DNA of 64,000 bases, taken from the NCBI GenBank assembly GCA_964106915.2, contig OZ066914.1; one strand, given 5' to 3'. Below the pieces are notes generated by a model. It was not told the DNA's origin and did no database searches. It saw nothing but the letters and a program-made list of their open reading frames with translations. Within the stretch, counting starts at the first letter, position 1; each line of letters begins with the position of its first letter. Both the position numbers and the translations under genes were made by a program. This document shows positions 1-12,843 of this stretch, in pieces. The stretch comes from Podarcis gaigeae. Lineage: Eukaryota.

Positions 1-11
1 ACAATCTCCCG
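1..11 (-). CDS. MUC5AC: Mucin exon 48, first 11 nt (expected start of the cystine knot)
   Basis: ttctcccctctaacag|CGGGAGATTGT = (P)GDC, in phase with exon 47; runs off the window. Confidence 0.65.
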
Positions 12-160
12 CTGTTAGAGGGGAGAACAACCAAAAACAAAAACCATCATAACTGTGTGCTCACAAATACTGCCTAACAGAAGACTGAGTAGGGTAAGGT
101 GGGGTGTGAGTGCACATGTGCAAACTGTCAAAACTGGCAAGGAAAAATGAATTGTAGGTC

Positions 161-297
161 CAGGGCTTTTTTTCCAGCCGGAACTCACTGGAACTCAGTT
201 CTTGCACCTCTCAGGTGGGCACCATTGCCATTATAAGAGAACAAGGGAGGCATTCAGGCTAAGTTCTGGCACCTCTTTTTCTAGAAAAATAGCACTG
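161..297. mobile_element. hAT-type MITE
   Basis: Imperfect TIR cagggctttttttccag / ctagaaaaatagcactg; 8-bp flanks tgtaggtc / ggtaggtc. Confidence 0.7.
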
Positions 298-942
298 GGT
301 AGGTCCATCATAATAAGAACCCACTTCTTGATGCACTGGAATGTCAGGATGGGGGGAAAGAACATAATAAACTCCTGTACTGATCTAGCCTAATGCCACT
401 AGCATGTTTTGACAAAGAAACCTGTGCTGTACATTTGACCACAAAGACTTCTCACTCCACAGTACTAGTCTTGATGTTCACACCTATGCTGCAAAGGTGC
501 AGAGGAAAATCTTAGCACTTTCTCTCTGCACAGATAATTTATTGGCTCACTTCCTGCCTGACTGTAGCAAATATAGGCAAAAACACAGTCTACTGCAGGG
601 GTGTGGAACTTTTTGTAGAGGGCCTTTTCCCCTCAAGCATAATCTGTTGGAAATACATATTGGTGGTAGTGGGCCAGAGTCAAAAGTGGGTAGGGCTTGA
701 CACAAAGGTAAGGGAGGGGAATAGCTTTCCCTCTCTTTCTAACACACTTTTCATTCTCTCTCTCTCCCTTAAACCCTTTCCCCTATTTTTCTCCTCCTTG
801 CCACCCATGTGAAATTAAGTTATGGACCACATGAAATAAGGACGTGCACAGGTAGTGCCACAGATTACCCACCCCCTGCTCTCATTGTGGGGTTTTTTTT
901 TTTAGTGTGCAGGCTTATTTTAACAATTTTGTCATAACTTAC

Positions 943-994
943 GTGGAGGTCCGCACACCTTGCAGCAGCCATCTTCACTCAGTCTCACATTCTC
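943..994 (-). CDS. MUC5AC: Mucin exon 47
   Basis: ENVRLSEDGCCKVCGPP; 52 nt. Confidence 0.9.
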
Positions 995-2195
995 CTGAAA
1001 AACCAAAATGGTTAGATGAATTTACAGATAACCTAAACGATTATTATTCTCTGAACAAATGCAGTTTCTTTGTGGTCATGAGAGACCTTCACCATTGCCA
1101 GGACTCCCTGGAAAAGTGTGCACAAAGGCAGGTAAATAATATTTGGGCCCATAGACTCCAAAGCACATTGTCTCCCACAATACAGTTAATACCTTCTATT
1201 AATTTTAAGCACTGTAATTGGGATGCTTGAAGATTTTTACTGGGCTGCATTTTTAAGCACTAATGCAAAGATTAGAACACAGATAGCATTCTTTTTTTTT
1301 TGCAGTTTTCTGATTCGTGATGCATTTCTGCACTTAAAAACCATGTAAAATGTATATTTCAGGTTAGAATATGTACAAAAATGTTTATGTGCACATTTGG
1401 GGTAAACTAATCTCTCAATGAATAATTCATCACCTGTTTATTAGAAGTTATACCTTAAATTTCTTACTGTACACAGCATTGCCAACTATTATACAATTCT
1501 GTGTAGTAATGCTCCTACTCTCTCCTGCTTGGTATTTTGCTTCATCTTATTTACTATCCTTGGTCTGTCTAGGTTCCTTTAGTTTTGATTTATTGTTGTA
1601 TTATGGTATCATTGAAAATTAATATTTTTTATGAAATGCATACAAAGGAATAAATTTTAAGGGGAAATGAATACAATATTTTGTGGGGGAAATGCATATT
1701 TACATGTGTTTAATAATAATGATAACAACAATAATAATAACCCACTTTTTAAAAAATTCCCTCCCTGCAATAACAATCCACTTGATACAGAATCAGGATG
1801 AAACACTTATTAAAGAATACATGTGAAACTGACATGGACCAAAATTAGACTATTTATATAGCCCTAAACAACAATTATATAACTACACGAGCATTTCATT
1901 TAGCATTTACAGTATCTAGTGAATCACACTTCTCAGATTGCATTAAATAAAGTAGGGAACTGAAGAGATATATGAACAGGAACTTGTTAAGGGCCCAAGT
2001 CTGACTCTGTTAATTTAGGCTTGGTTTAGGACCCTTGCCTATCATAATAATTCCAAACTACCTAAACAAACCCGTATGATTTATGCAATTTTTAAAAAAA
2101 ACATACCCTCATCCAGCTTTCTTAGATAAACCCTGATCTCACTGAGTAGATAATCTAACAGACACAAAGACTTTTGATCATATTGGTAAACTTAC

Positions 2196-2315
2196 AGGTG
2201 GGCAGTTAAGTGGAGCGCAGGGTCTTTTGGTAGGGACAGGAATATACTGGTCCTCAACCAATTCACATTCATAAGTTGTGCAGTTGTTTCCTGGATGATG
2301 CCAAATCTCCCCAGG
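2196..2315 (-). CDS. MUC5AC: Mucin exon 46
   Basis: PGEIWHHPGNNCTTYECELVEDQYIPVPTKRPCAPLNCPP; 120 nt. Confidence 0.92.
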
Positions 2316-3760
2316 CTGAAAAAAGTCAGAGTTATGTTATTAGAAGCTGACACGTGATTTTTATGTCCTTCAAAGGGCTTTGATTGTATCACTAAGATAA
2401 TACAGATAGGGTAAAAAAGCAAAGGAAATTTATGATAAATTTACTATAATAAGGAAAGGTCATTATGAAAACTATGTGGGAAAGAATATAGCTTTCATAT
2501 TCACAGCTAGGTTTGCTTGCCTCCACTCAGCTCTACTGAGCTACCTTTATCAAACTCTAACAGACCATGTCCTCTGCTTTTGCCATCTGTTTTCATCACT
2601 GTGCATATTACACAGATGAAGGAAGGAAGAAACCCCATGTGGATTTGTTGATACAATTGAGTGCCTTCTTTCATTGCTTCATGGTCTCTGGTTGTCTCAA
2701 ATGCACAAATACACACATTCTCTCTCTCTCCATGCCTATCTTCATGACAAACTGCACTGTGAAACAGTTTGGCATCACATTGCTAAATGTGACTTCATTG
2801 GCCTCCCTGACACAAGGATTTGACCATATATAAACCCTTTAGCTCAGGCACGTGGAGTCCGAATTCTGCCCCCAGATACTAATGGCTGTGTTCTGTCAAG
2901 AGAAACAGATTGTGTGATCAAATATCTGAAGGCATAGCTTGGTCACATGTGGCATCTTACTTTCAAGCATTCTCTCTGGAGTGGGATGGGTTCAAGTGGT
3001 GGATGACCACATGCTTCCCACACTTTATGGGGAGGGTGGTAGGTCAGTGGCAGAGCTTCAGCCACAGACTCAATCCCATGCATCTCCAAGTAGGGCTGAG
3101 GGAGAGTCCTGCTTGAAAATTTGGGGGTTTTCCCCTTAAGAAGGTTGGGAGAGAACATAGGCTGAGTGGTACCGAAAAAGGAAAAGAAATTCTGGAGAGC
3201 CAGTGAGTTTAGACAGTTCTGAGCTAGACAGACCAATGGTCAGACTCAGTAGACGGCAGTAGAAGGCTCCAGGTTCAATTGCTGGCACCTCTCAGGGATT
3301 TCAGGTTGCAAGTCTAAGACTTAGGAGAGTCCTTTCTAATCAGACTAGGCAACACTAGGCTATATTCATTAATAAAGCTACAATAAAAACTACACTTCAA
3401 ATTAAAATAAGGCATTGGTATCTCCTTCACAGAATGTGGGGAGTCAACGCAACATTGGCTATATGGGCCAACCATCTGATAGGGCAGCTTCTTTTTTCTC
3501 CCTTTTTACTATTTTTATATAGCACAAAGATTCACAAGTCAAAAAGATTTATATTAAGATTTGCACTCAAAACATCCAATTGAGCAGAAAAAGGCAATGG
3601 TAGGAAAAGATAACTATGGGAATTTAAATGCAGATCTATTAATTATTGCTTCAGTTAATATCATTCATGGCCTCTAGTAAGCTTCCACTCCAAGCATGAG
3701 AAACACAAGTAGGACAGAACATGAGATTGCATGTATGGGTATTCATAAAACATCAGCTAC

Positions 3761-3856
3761 CTTGATAACCTGAACACTGGATCCCTCTTTTATAACACAT
3801 GCTACCGCTGAGCATTTACCACAGCATTGTCCAGGGATTTCCTTGTATTCTTGGGC
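3761..3856 (-). CDS. MUC5AC: Mucin exon 45
   Basis: AQEYKEIPGQCCGKCSAVACVIKEGSSVQVIK; 96 nt. Confidence 0.9.
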
Positions 3857-3975
3857 CTGTATTTGAGAAAATATGGAAAGAGATTCATAAGATCAAGGAG
3901 GTGAAATAGCTAGGTTTGCAGATAAATTCCTGAAAAGCTGGCAATTTACAAAAACAGTTTGTAACACTAACTTAC

Positions 3976-4098
3976 CACTGGGCAGTTTTTGTCACATGCT
4001 TGTGACACACATTCCACCGTGTTTATTTGGCTTTCTGGATCTTGCTCAACAGAACATCTGCACGTTTCACAGAGGCCTCTTGGAACAACTGCTCCAGG
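3976..4098 (-). CDS. MUC5AC: Mucin exon 44 (VWC-like)
   Basis: PGAVVPRGLCETCRCSVEQDPESQINTVECVSQACDKNCPV; 123 nt. Confidence 0.92.
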
Positions 4099-5346
4099 CT
4101 AAAGAAGGGCAGAGGAGAAATGGTCCTAAATAATTCTAAACTGTTTTCATAAATCAGAAATATCACAAATGTATGCAACTGGTCTTCCTCCACCAACAGA
4201 AAGCCAATTGACCCAGCATAGGCTTCCATAAGTGTCATGAGCACGGAAGTGATTCAGTAATTCTCTCTCCTGCTATAGCTTCCTGCACCACCTGCCATGT
4301 TGTTCTGTGGGGTTCCCCAACCCTCTGAAGCATATTTGGGGCTTGGGAGGGGGGCAAGTGACACACTAGGAGGGGTAAAAACTATAATTTGCTTTTCTTT
4401 CTGTTCTGCTGACGGAAGCACCCACTGGATCATAGAGCTTTCTGTCAGTGAAGGATCACCAATTGGATGCAGCTTCTTCATTTAATCTTGAGTATACAAA
4501 CTCATTTAATTCTAAGAATGCTTGAAAATGTGTGGATTGTCTTGCTTCATCTAGCTCAGGATTCTTTGAAAGAACCCCAGCAACCAGCAGGCCCCTTTTC
4601 AACTTATGAACCAAGGTGGTTTTTTCTTTCTACCGGGATGCATAAATGTTTCCATGAAAGGGGTATATTTATCTATGGGTTGTGGAATGGATTTGGAATT
4701 GTTAATCTGGGATGAAAAAGAAATGTAGGGTTTCTAGTCCCTTCATTTTGATCTGAACTGATAGGCAACTTATTTAAAGGGGGGCAGGAGTTCTGCACCT
4801 TAATGCAGGATACACTGAGAATTCTCTTGGATGCTAAAGTATTTCTACTGTGAAAGCTTATAATTCATAGTTTGAATCAAAGGAAGATATGCAGGGTTTT
4901 TCCAGTAACATCATAACTTCTAAAAGCTTTTCATAGAGGGCTAAACACACTCACTATTAATCCGCATCAATCAGAGGCACCATCTTCTGAAGCACGTTGA
5001 GGGCAAAGATGCAATGTCCTGACATTGCGAGCACAACATCACACAACATGCCGACATTGTTTCATGCCCAACTCCACCAATATGGGGGCCCAGCCCCCTC
5101 AACAACAAAAAGACACCGAGGGGGCCCACAGTGCCTATGGCATCAATCATTTTTGTGCAGATCATTTTCTTAATAAATAATTTTATTTTATTTTTAAAAT
5201 AATGCTTTATGTATATTTCTTTTTTATTGGTTTGTGTAATCTAGTTTTGCTTTATTCAGACGTGGACTGTTTTTGTGAGCAAGTGATTTATACATTTACC
5301 AAACAAATTATTGCTTCTAGCATTCATTATTATAAAATGTACTTAC

Positions 5347-5387
5347 TTTGTAGAATATGTCTTTGTCAATACAGCCGGGTATTTTCA
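5347..5387 (-). CDS. MUC5AC: Mucin exon 43
   Basis: ctgttttacag|VKIPGCIDKDIFYK|gtaagt; 41 nt, phase 1-0, restores the frame between exons 42 and 44. Confidence 0.82.
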
Positions 5388-6542
5388 CTGTAAAACAGAA
5401 AGGTGCAATGGAATGAATCTTAACATTTTCTTTTCAGTGATAAGAATGGAATATTGCTGTGTATGCTACAGAGTATGTATTTTAAATGCATGTAATACAC
5501 ATTCTCAGCCACAGGCTCAAATAATTCTGGAAATGGTGATTTGCCAAGGATTCTGGGAATTGTAGCTCTGTGAGAGGTAAACTAATGTTACCAGGACATA
5601 TAGTGTGTCCAGAACCTTTGAAGGCAAACAAGGAAGTACCAATGTAGCTGTGATTCAAATGGTTTCTTGATGAGTGTGCAATGGGTTCTTCCAGTAGAGT
5701 TGTTTGAGGAATTCAGTCTTTTAGGAAGTCCAATACAAACTAACCTGATGTGCACCACTCATACTAATGCACAGATCAGAATTTAACTATCCACCAGATT
5801 TCAAACTTCACTGAAAGCCACAATGCAGTTCTCAGTAATTTGAATATTTCAAAAGATACATTTAAATACATATTTTGAGAGAAATATATATCCTAAATAA
5901 TATATGGTTTGGGAGAAAATTTGTTTAGTAAATGTAAACAGGTATTTAAATTTGAACATTCATGGTGATTTCATCTGAAAATGCAGGTCAGCATGGAAAT
6001 GGGATGGTATGGGTTTATGGGTACACACATGTGAAAGTGATGTAGGCAGGAAGTGGATGGATCCACCCTAATGTCTACTCCTAGTAACCATGCCAGGATC
6101 AAGTACACAAGCAGTAAGGATTCAGCTTGAGGTTCTGCAAACCCTACCTTATGCAGGTTTGCAGAAATGTCTGTGTATATATGTTACAAAATATCCTCTC
6201 CCAAAAGAAAATCTTACAAAATACCCCTATTGCAAAAGAAGCCCCAACAAAACTGGGACTTGCCAGCAGCAGCTTAATTGACCAGCTTCTCAGCAGATAT
6301 GAGATATATAACAAATTAAGTATTTGCTTCTTCAGAACAATTTCAGGATTCTTGCAACAGGAAATAAAAACAGTTGAAGAGGCAAAATGGCCACTGGAAT
6401 GCCAGCTCATAGCATGGGAGGTGGGGATGGAATATGACTCATCTGGAGGGTGGGGAGTTGTAGGGAGAGAGGAAGAGAGAGGGAAGGGGGAGGAGAGAGA
6501 AGTTTCAAATACTCCTGAGAAATGTCATGTTTCAGTGCTTAC

Positions 6543-6647
6543 CACAAGTGGCTTTAATGCAGCAATCTCCTGGCAGCTTTTGTTGTTTTAATTCATATCC
6601 TACTGGACAGGTCTCAACGGATTCAGGACAGTAACTAGTGTTGCATA
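6543..6647 (-). CDS. MUC5AC: Mucin exon 42
   Basis: VCNTSYCPESVETCPVGYELKQQKLPGDCCIKATC; 105 nt. Confidence 0.92.
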
Positions 6648-7263
6648 CTATATAAGACAAAAAGAAAAAGAAAAAGCCATAAAAGAAAGTCAGGATATTT
6701 TCATTATAACAAGAACATACAGGGCATTTTTCAACACTCCAGTTATGTCCAGAGAAACATCTGCTTCCATTATAACAAGAGCAAGAATGTCTGAAGAGGA
6801 GGTGTGAATCTCTACAGGATGTTTTCAGGCTCCAACTCCTAGCCCCTGTGGCCAATGGAGATGCAGTCTAATAACAGCTGGAGGGCCACAGGTTGCCCAA
6901 CTCTGCCCACCAGCACTCATGTAGTATGGATAGATTAACCACTATGCCACATGATTTGTGGCACAGGGCTTCAGTCCAATTGTAAGACCTCCTGTGGTGT
7001 AACTAATGGGAATTTACCTAAGTGGGAAAGGTACCCATTTGGAAGTGGTTGCTTTGAGCTATTCAGAATGGATTGCATCCGACATTGCAGAAGCAGAAGG
7101 AAATTAAGCATAATGGACCTTTCCCTTTTGCCTCCTCCCTCTTCAGTCCCCCGTACCCACACAAGCCTCTTAAGCCAACAGGCTGAGAAGTGATAGCCTC
7201 TTCTACTAGACAGCATGGGATATGTGGGGTAGTCACCTTGAAACTCCCAGGAGAAAGGATAGG

Positions 7264-7311
7264 GTATGTATGTATGTATGTATGTATGTATGTATGTATG
7301 TATGTATGTAT
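7264..7311 (+). repeat. (TATG)n microsatellite
   Basis: Seen directly. Confidence 0.95.
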
Positions 7312-7628
7312 AAAGAAGATTATGTCATTTGCAGTTTCAGTAGGAGGAAAGAATCACCCAAAAATGGGCAGAGAAAACTAACATTGGTACAAGATTTCTC
7401 CAGCTGATTCTGGGCATTTCCACCCTCTCACTTCAGACCTAGATAACATTGCCCATAGTATTTAGCATTCCCCCCACCATCAGCCCCGGAAAAAGGCTTT
7501 TTAGGAGGATACAGGAGGTAGAAAGGAAGGGAAGGGGAAGATCGGTCGTGTGAGCTGTCTTCCGCTCATGCAGCACCGAACTGAAGCATGATATATTTTG
7601 TTTCAAACAGGCAAGAGATTGTACTTAC

Positions 7629-7806
7629 CACATTTCATCTGAGGACAGCATTTATCTTCAGGTGTTGTGACACTGACAGGCACAAAGCCTTCAAATTCAC
7701 AGCGTTCTGGGACAGGTGTTGCACATATCTTTGGTGTACACTGCACTTTAAGAGTATATTTTTCACACGTACACTCCTTGCAGTTGCTGATCCAGCTTGC
7801 TCCAGG
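7629..7806 (-). CDS. MUC5AC: Mucin exon 41 (VWC-like)
   Basis: PGASWISNCKECTCEKYTLKVQC...EDKCCPQMKC; 178 nt. Confidence 0.93.
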
Positions 7807-8248
7807 CTGAAAAAAAATAATTTTTAAAATTGTATTTAAAAGAAAATAAGATACATCATTCCTAAATTTGCCTTGTCAGAGATCATGTCAGAAAGAGTGC
7901 CATCAACATATATCAAGGCTGTAAATACTTAGCTGAATAATCAGTTTAATTACTTACTCAATTATTTTTTTACAAAAAGGGTGCCTCCAATTAATCAGCT
8001 GATTAAAGCCATAATAATTACTGTACAATCGGGGGGGGGGGCATAGATGCATCTTAAAAGAGGCACTCTGTACTGGGTGAGACCCCTCACCTTCTATTCT
8101 ACTCAATTCACTACATCATAGTTGTAGCGCCCCCTAGGCTTGGCACCCAGCACAGGGGAACCAGTTGTGCTGCCCTGAATTGGCCTCTGCTTCCAACACC
8201 TTCTGAGGTGACCCATCCACATTTCATGAAGTACATATTTTTAGTTAC

Positions 8249-8280
8249 CTCTTTGGGCATCCCGTCTGGTCCAGTACAAC
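8249..8280 (-). CDS. MUC5AC: Mucin exon 40
   Basis: GCTGPDGMPKE; 32 nt. Confidence 0.9.
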
Positions 8281-9092
8281 CTGAAAGAAATGTAATAACA
8301 GAGATTTTTTGCACTGCTGTTCCTAAAGAGTCCTGGAGCAAATTTAGCTATCTGAGCAAACAGGCCACAGCGCCATCTGACATTGTTATCTGGGTCAAAG
8401 GGCAGTGAAAAGGTGCTGGGACTGTGAGGTGCTGCCAAGACTGAACTGTACCAGAAAGAACAACAAAAGTTCTTGTGGTGCCTTAAAGACTAAACAACTC
8501 TGTGGGAGGAGTTCAACATAGTGCTAGTTAAGTCAGCACAAGCATTTCTTGACTCCTTCAGAGCCAGATGCAGGGTTGCATGGAGGGAGGAGAAACAGGG
8601 AATGCCCTGCTGCATTGGTGGAAGACCTTGCACAGGCATCTGCTAGCACGGCTCATTCGTTGAATCCTGCCTGTTATTTATAATTATTTAAGCTGCTGCA
8701 AGACTCTTCGGCTATTTTTGTTGCAACAGACTAACATGACTATCCCTCTGGAAGTTGTGGGCATGAAAGTTGTATCTACAGTAGCCAGGGATGTCATGTT
8801 TGAAGGATACATGGAAATTCCTCATTGTATCAAGACTGTATTTCCTTCTGAAAAACTCGTGCAAGGTGAACACTGATCACATAGCATTCTCTTGAGTGAT
8901 TATTACTGCTTATTGAGTTACTCCTGTTGTTTCTGGAAATCACTTTCTCTTGGGTTTCTAAGGGTGCTTCTGTCTCCCTGCTGAGGCTACCTAGATTAGG
9001 CTGACCTGAATTGCAGCTGAGGGAACCCTCCACTCCATATAGTGTTGCTGCAGTGTGGTACTCTCTTCTGTCCTTGAAACAAAAACACTTAC

Positions 9093-9196
9093 CACATTGT
9101 TCTACACAGATATCATTGTAGGAGTTGAAGAGCTTGGTTCCAGGAGCACAGAAGCAACCTTCAACTATGCCAGTGCCATTATACTGACTAGCCCTG
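9093..9196 (-). CDS. MUC5AC: Mucin exon 39 (TIL4)
   Basis: RASQYNGTGIVEGCFCAPGTKLFNSYNDICVEQC; tandem CAGCAG acceptor (start 9196 or 9193). Confidence 0.9.
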
Positions 9197-9397
9197 CTGC
9201 AGAAAGAAAGCATGGGTTATGGTCATACAGCACCCTTTTGCATTGTGAAAATTCAGTCTGTGCCTTGAATCATCAGCACTGTTAAGAGCGTGATGACTCT
9301 GAATTGAGTTCAAATCCAGCATGCTATTGACTACATAACACTGACTCCAACAACTGGAGTGAAACAGACCTAAACAGAGATTCTGTTCTTTCCTTAC

Positions 9398-9467
9398 CTA
9401 TTATCACATGTGGGAGGGTTGATAGGGCCACATGGGTCATATACTTTGCCTTCAGGACAGCTGTATG
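9398..9467 (-). CDS. MUC5AC: Mucin exon 38 (TIL4)
   Basis: PYSCPEGKVYDPCGPINPPTCDN; 70 nt. Confidence 0.92.
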
Positions 9468-10029
9468 CTAAACATGGTGAGAAAAATAAACCAAGGTGAA
9501 CATAAAGACATACTTTGATACACTTTACATTTACAGCTACTGCAGCTACAGTATGACTTTCCCCACACTCTTTCTCTCCTTTTACTGGTAGTTAATGGCA
9601 TGGGAGGGTCTCTTTGTTAAAAAGAAGCAAACAGAAACCAACACCCTAAAATTCTAGCCACATTTCAACATGTTTAGTTGCCATATATTCTGCTTCTATT
9701 CATATAATTGTTTTTATTAGATATGCTTCCTGTGAACATGATGGCACATTCCTGTGATCCTAAAGACAGAACACTATACTTAAATGAACCAGAAGGGCCC
9801 AGACTCTAGATCTCATTTGGACATCTGCCCTCTTAAAGCCTCAGTAAATGTATAGCTGAAGAGGTTCTCAAAGGCTGAGAATGTCCTCTCATCTTTCTGT
9901 ATTTTAGTCATTAAACTACAATTCCCTAAGATGGATCTATTTACAAAAATAAAACTGACACATGCAAAGTATTTAATGAACAAGGCTCCCATGGCTTTAT
10001 AATTTGTGGAGAAACACTCCAGTACTTAC

Positions 10030-10208
10030 GGCATGAACCATTAGTCTTCGCTCTCCAGTCAATGCAAACACCTTTAGAGGCACAGAGTGAAGCATATATC
10101 TCTAAGCCTGAACACTGCATGGTGGTATTGACTATGTGGCAAGAATCAAAGGAGCAACCTTGGTGGAAAGGCTTTGGAGGTATGATTTGATGGCAATCAG
10201 AGAAGACT
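10030..10208 (-). CDS. MUC5AC: Mucin exon 37 (C8-4)
   Basis: VFSDCHQIIPPKPFHQGCSFDSC...CIDWRAKTNGSC; 179 nt. Confidence 0.93.
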
Positions 10209-10629
10209 CTGTAAAAAAACAAAACACAAAGACATGATAATCAGGGAAGACTCTGTAAAAGATAGCATAAACACTTGACATGAACATACATTTTTGAATA
10301 TGACTATTTTCACTTCTGGGATTTGAAGAGCTGGAAAACAGGATTTTTAAAAAAGGTTTCACAGGACTGAATGTTCATCATGGTATAGAATTTTACGCAC
10401 ATGAAATTCAGCTTTCACTAATTTCAATTATATTCACAACAGAATTGTAGCTTTCTGGAAGAAAGATGTGGTATGGTGCAAAACAAGTCTGCTTTAAATG
10501 CACAGCAAATGAGTTGATTGCATCAAAGGTCTCCCAGGAGCCTTTAAAAAAAAGGGTTGTCGCAAACTAACTTTCAAACAAAGTTTCACAAGCCAAATTT
10601 CCAATAACAGCAACAAGAATATTATAACT

Positions 10630-10726
10630 TAGGGTTGCCATACACCCAGAATTTCCCGGATATAGCTGGGATTCGGTCAACAACGTTTGTATCCAAATTT
10701 TCACTTTTTGAAATATGGCAACCCTA
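10630..10726. mobile_element. hAT-type MITE (97 bp)
   Basis: Perfect 13-bp TIR tagggttgccata / tatggcaacccta and perfect 8-bp TSD ttataact. Confidence 0.85.
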
Positions 10727-11072
10727 TTATAACTGTAAATTGATTTTTTTCAGTGAATTTGTGGGTTTGATATGCAGGCTTGAAGAAATGTGAAGCTAGA
10801 TGTGTTAAGACACCCTCCGCCCCGCAGACCTTTATAGTAAGAGGTAGGGCTGTCTAGAACTTGAGCTAAAGGGCCTTTTATATAGCTGTGCTCTTGTACA
10901 GAGAAATCCTATGCATGTTGGCTCAGAACTACATCCCACTCTATTCAGTAGAACTGACCCCGAGAAAGTTGTGCATCAGACTTTAACATTATTTCCCCTT
11001 CTCCTTCCATAGGATACTTTTATTATATTATCTAAGCAGGAAAGCATACATTAGAACAACTTTCCAACTTAC

Positions 11073-11268
11073 TCGCTCAGAATTATATCGCAAACAGGGG
11101 AAGGTTTGCAAGGTACTGCTGGTGTTGGTGTGACAGGAAGTACTGTTTTGTTTTTGCAGTAGTTCTTCTTCTCATCATCGACTTTCCAATGGGGAGCCAT
11201 GTAGGGACAACTAGTTATCTCGCCAGTTGGTAAGCGACATTCATCTTTTCTGTCATTTGTACAGGTAC
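11073..11268 (-). CDS. MUC5AC: Mucin exon 36 (VWD4/C8-4)
   Basis: GTCTNDRKDECRLPTGEITSCPYMAPHW...VCDIILS; 196 nt. Confidence 0.94.
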
Positions 11269-11717
11269 CTGGGGGAAAACAAAACAGAATCAGAACAGAA
11301 TTGAAGGTAGAGAGTTTTATATATTTGCAACAAACTACGCAGTGTTTTGCATTCAGTGTGATGCTAGAATCACTGAAATACATAACATTTAAATCATGCT
11401 ATTGATTGAAGAAACATTCTCCTTTCTTTTGAAGCAAATGTTGTGCTATTCCATTCTGAGTTTTCTCCTTCTCAAAATTTTCAGCAGTATCCAGGATACC
11501 TGGCATCCAGGATTTGGGGGGAAATAAATGAGATTTTGAGGAGGAGAGGCAGCCAAACAGAGAAACCAAGGTGCTTTTTGAATACAACAAAAGTGAAACT
11601 AAAATGAAAAACATGGTTCTGACTTAACTTTAAATTGGTAATTGGTTCCAAAGAGTGAACCAATGGTTGACAGAACAACATGGATTTTCATGGGAGTAAA
11701 GCATTATTTTCCCTTAC

Positions 11718-11901
11718 CACACTGTCCTTCGGTGTTGTTGCCAAATTTGCTATATGGAAGTTTTATTGAGAAGATCAAACCGCTGAAGGTGATGACAGCC
11801 CCAAGCTCAGGAATCTCAACTACCATGTTGACACCAACCATGGAGACAAAAATGCCATCTTTCTGGAAGCCTGGGTTGACAATCTTACCATCGAAGTAGA
11901 T
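11718..11901 (-). CDS. MUC5AC: Mucin exon 35 (VWD4)
   Basis: IYFDGKIVNPGFQKDGI...LPYSKFGNNTEGQC; 184 nt. Confidence 0.94.
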
Positions 11902-12843
11902 CTGTAAATGAGATTAATGTTGCAACAATGAGGAATTATCTTTGCTTTGCTATGCTTTTTTAAAAAGTAATTTATCTACTTTTGTAGATATGTTGTTAAA
12001 TTATTTATTATGGAATTTATATTCCACTTGCTCTACAAAAATAAACTTAAAGTACATGAATTGAATCTACACAAACAGCACTTCTGCATCCACATAAGAT
12101 GTTTGACAATTTCCCCTTCTTGTGATAGCCTACTGTGTCTCAAGGAATACCACTGCACAGGGTCCCCTGAATATCTAAGAAGGAAAAGAGGAGTGTGATT
12201 GTGTTAGGAATTGTGAGACTGAAAATCACTTTGAATCCCAGTCTTGCTGTGCTATTTAATATGTACAATGCTGCTTTTCACTGCTGACACACAGTTCAGA
12301 TTTTTGTTCACAAAACGTGTTGTTCACATTTTATCTGACTCCTTGTGTCCCTAAACTAATCTAATGTAAGTGAGTTGACTTGCACATAGCCTTTTTACAG
12401 TTGGCCATAAGTAATCTAGGAGAGATTTCACTCTGTTGAAGATCAATAACATTTTCTAATAAGAATGAGACAGCAATGTTTTAACTTCAGAAATCTACAT
12501 TTCTGATCTTGCAGTAAATTTCTGATTTCTCAGATGGGGGTAGAAATATAGGACAGGCTTACCCATGCATGTTCATCATCTGAAGACTCAGTCCTCATGT
12601 AACCCAGGGACTATAACCCCCATCAACCTCAGGCAGGACCAGATGAGTGAAGGCTGCTATACAGTACACCTACTGAAAATTCTAAAACATAGCTAATCAT
12701 TTTCTCTTGAGTGTGGGCTTTGTCTTGGGTTTCCCTTTACTCACTAAAGTAAATATGCCTAGCTCCTTCAGTCCTGTTGCATTTTCTATAAAATAATACA
12801 TCAAAAGAAGCAATTCAAGTAGTGTACATATTTTTTTTTTTAC

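Noticed and set aside
5745-5786. Alternative candidate for exon 43 (tag|TTAAATTCTGA...CAG|gttagt)
   Set aside because: In-frame TGA, wrong phase and no pyrimidine tract; 5347-5387 fits properly.
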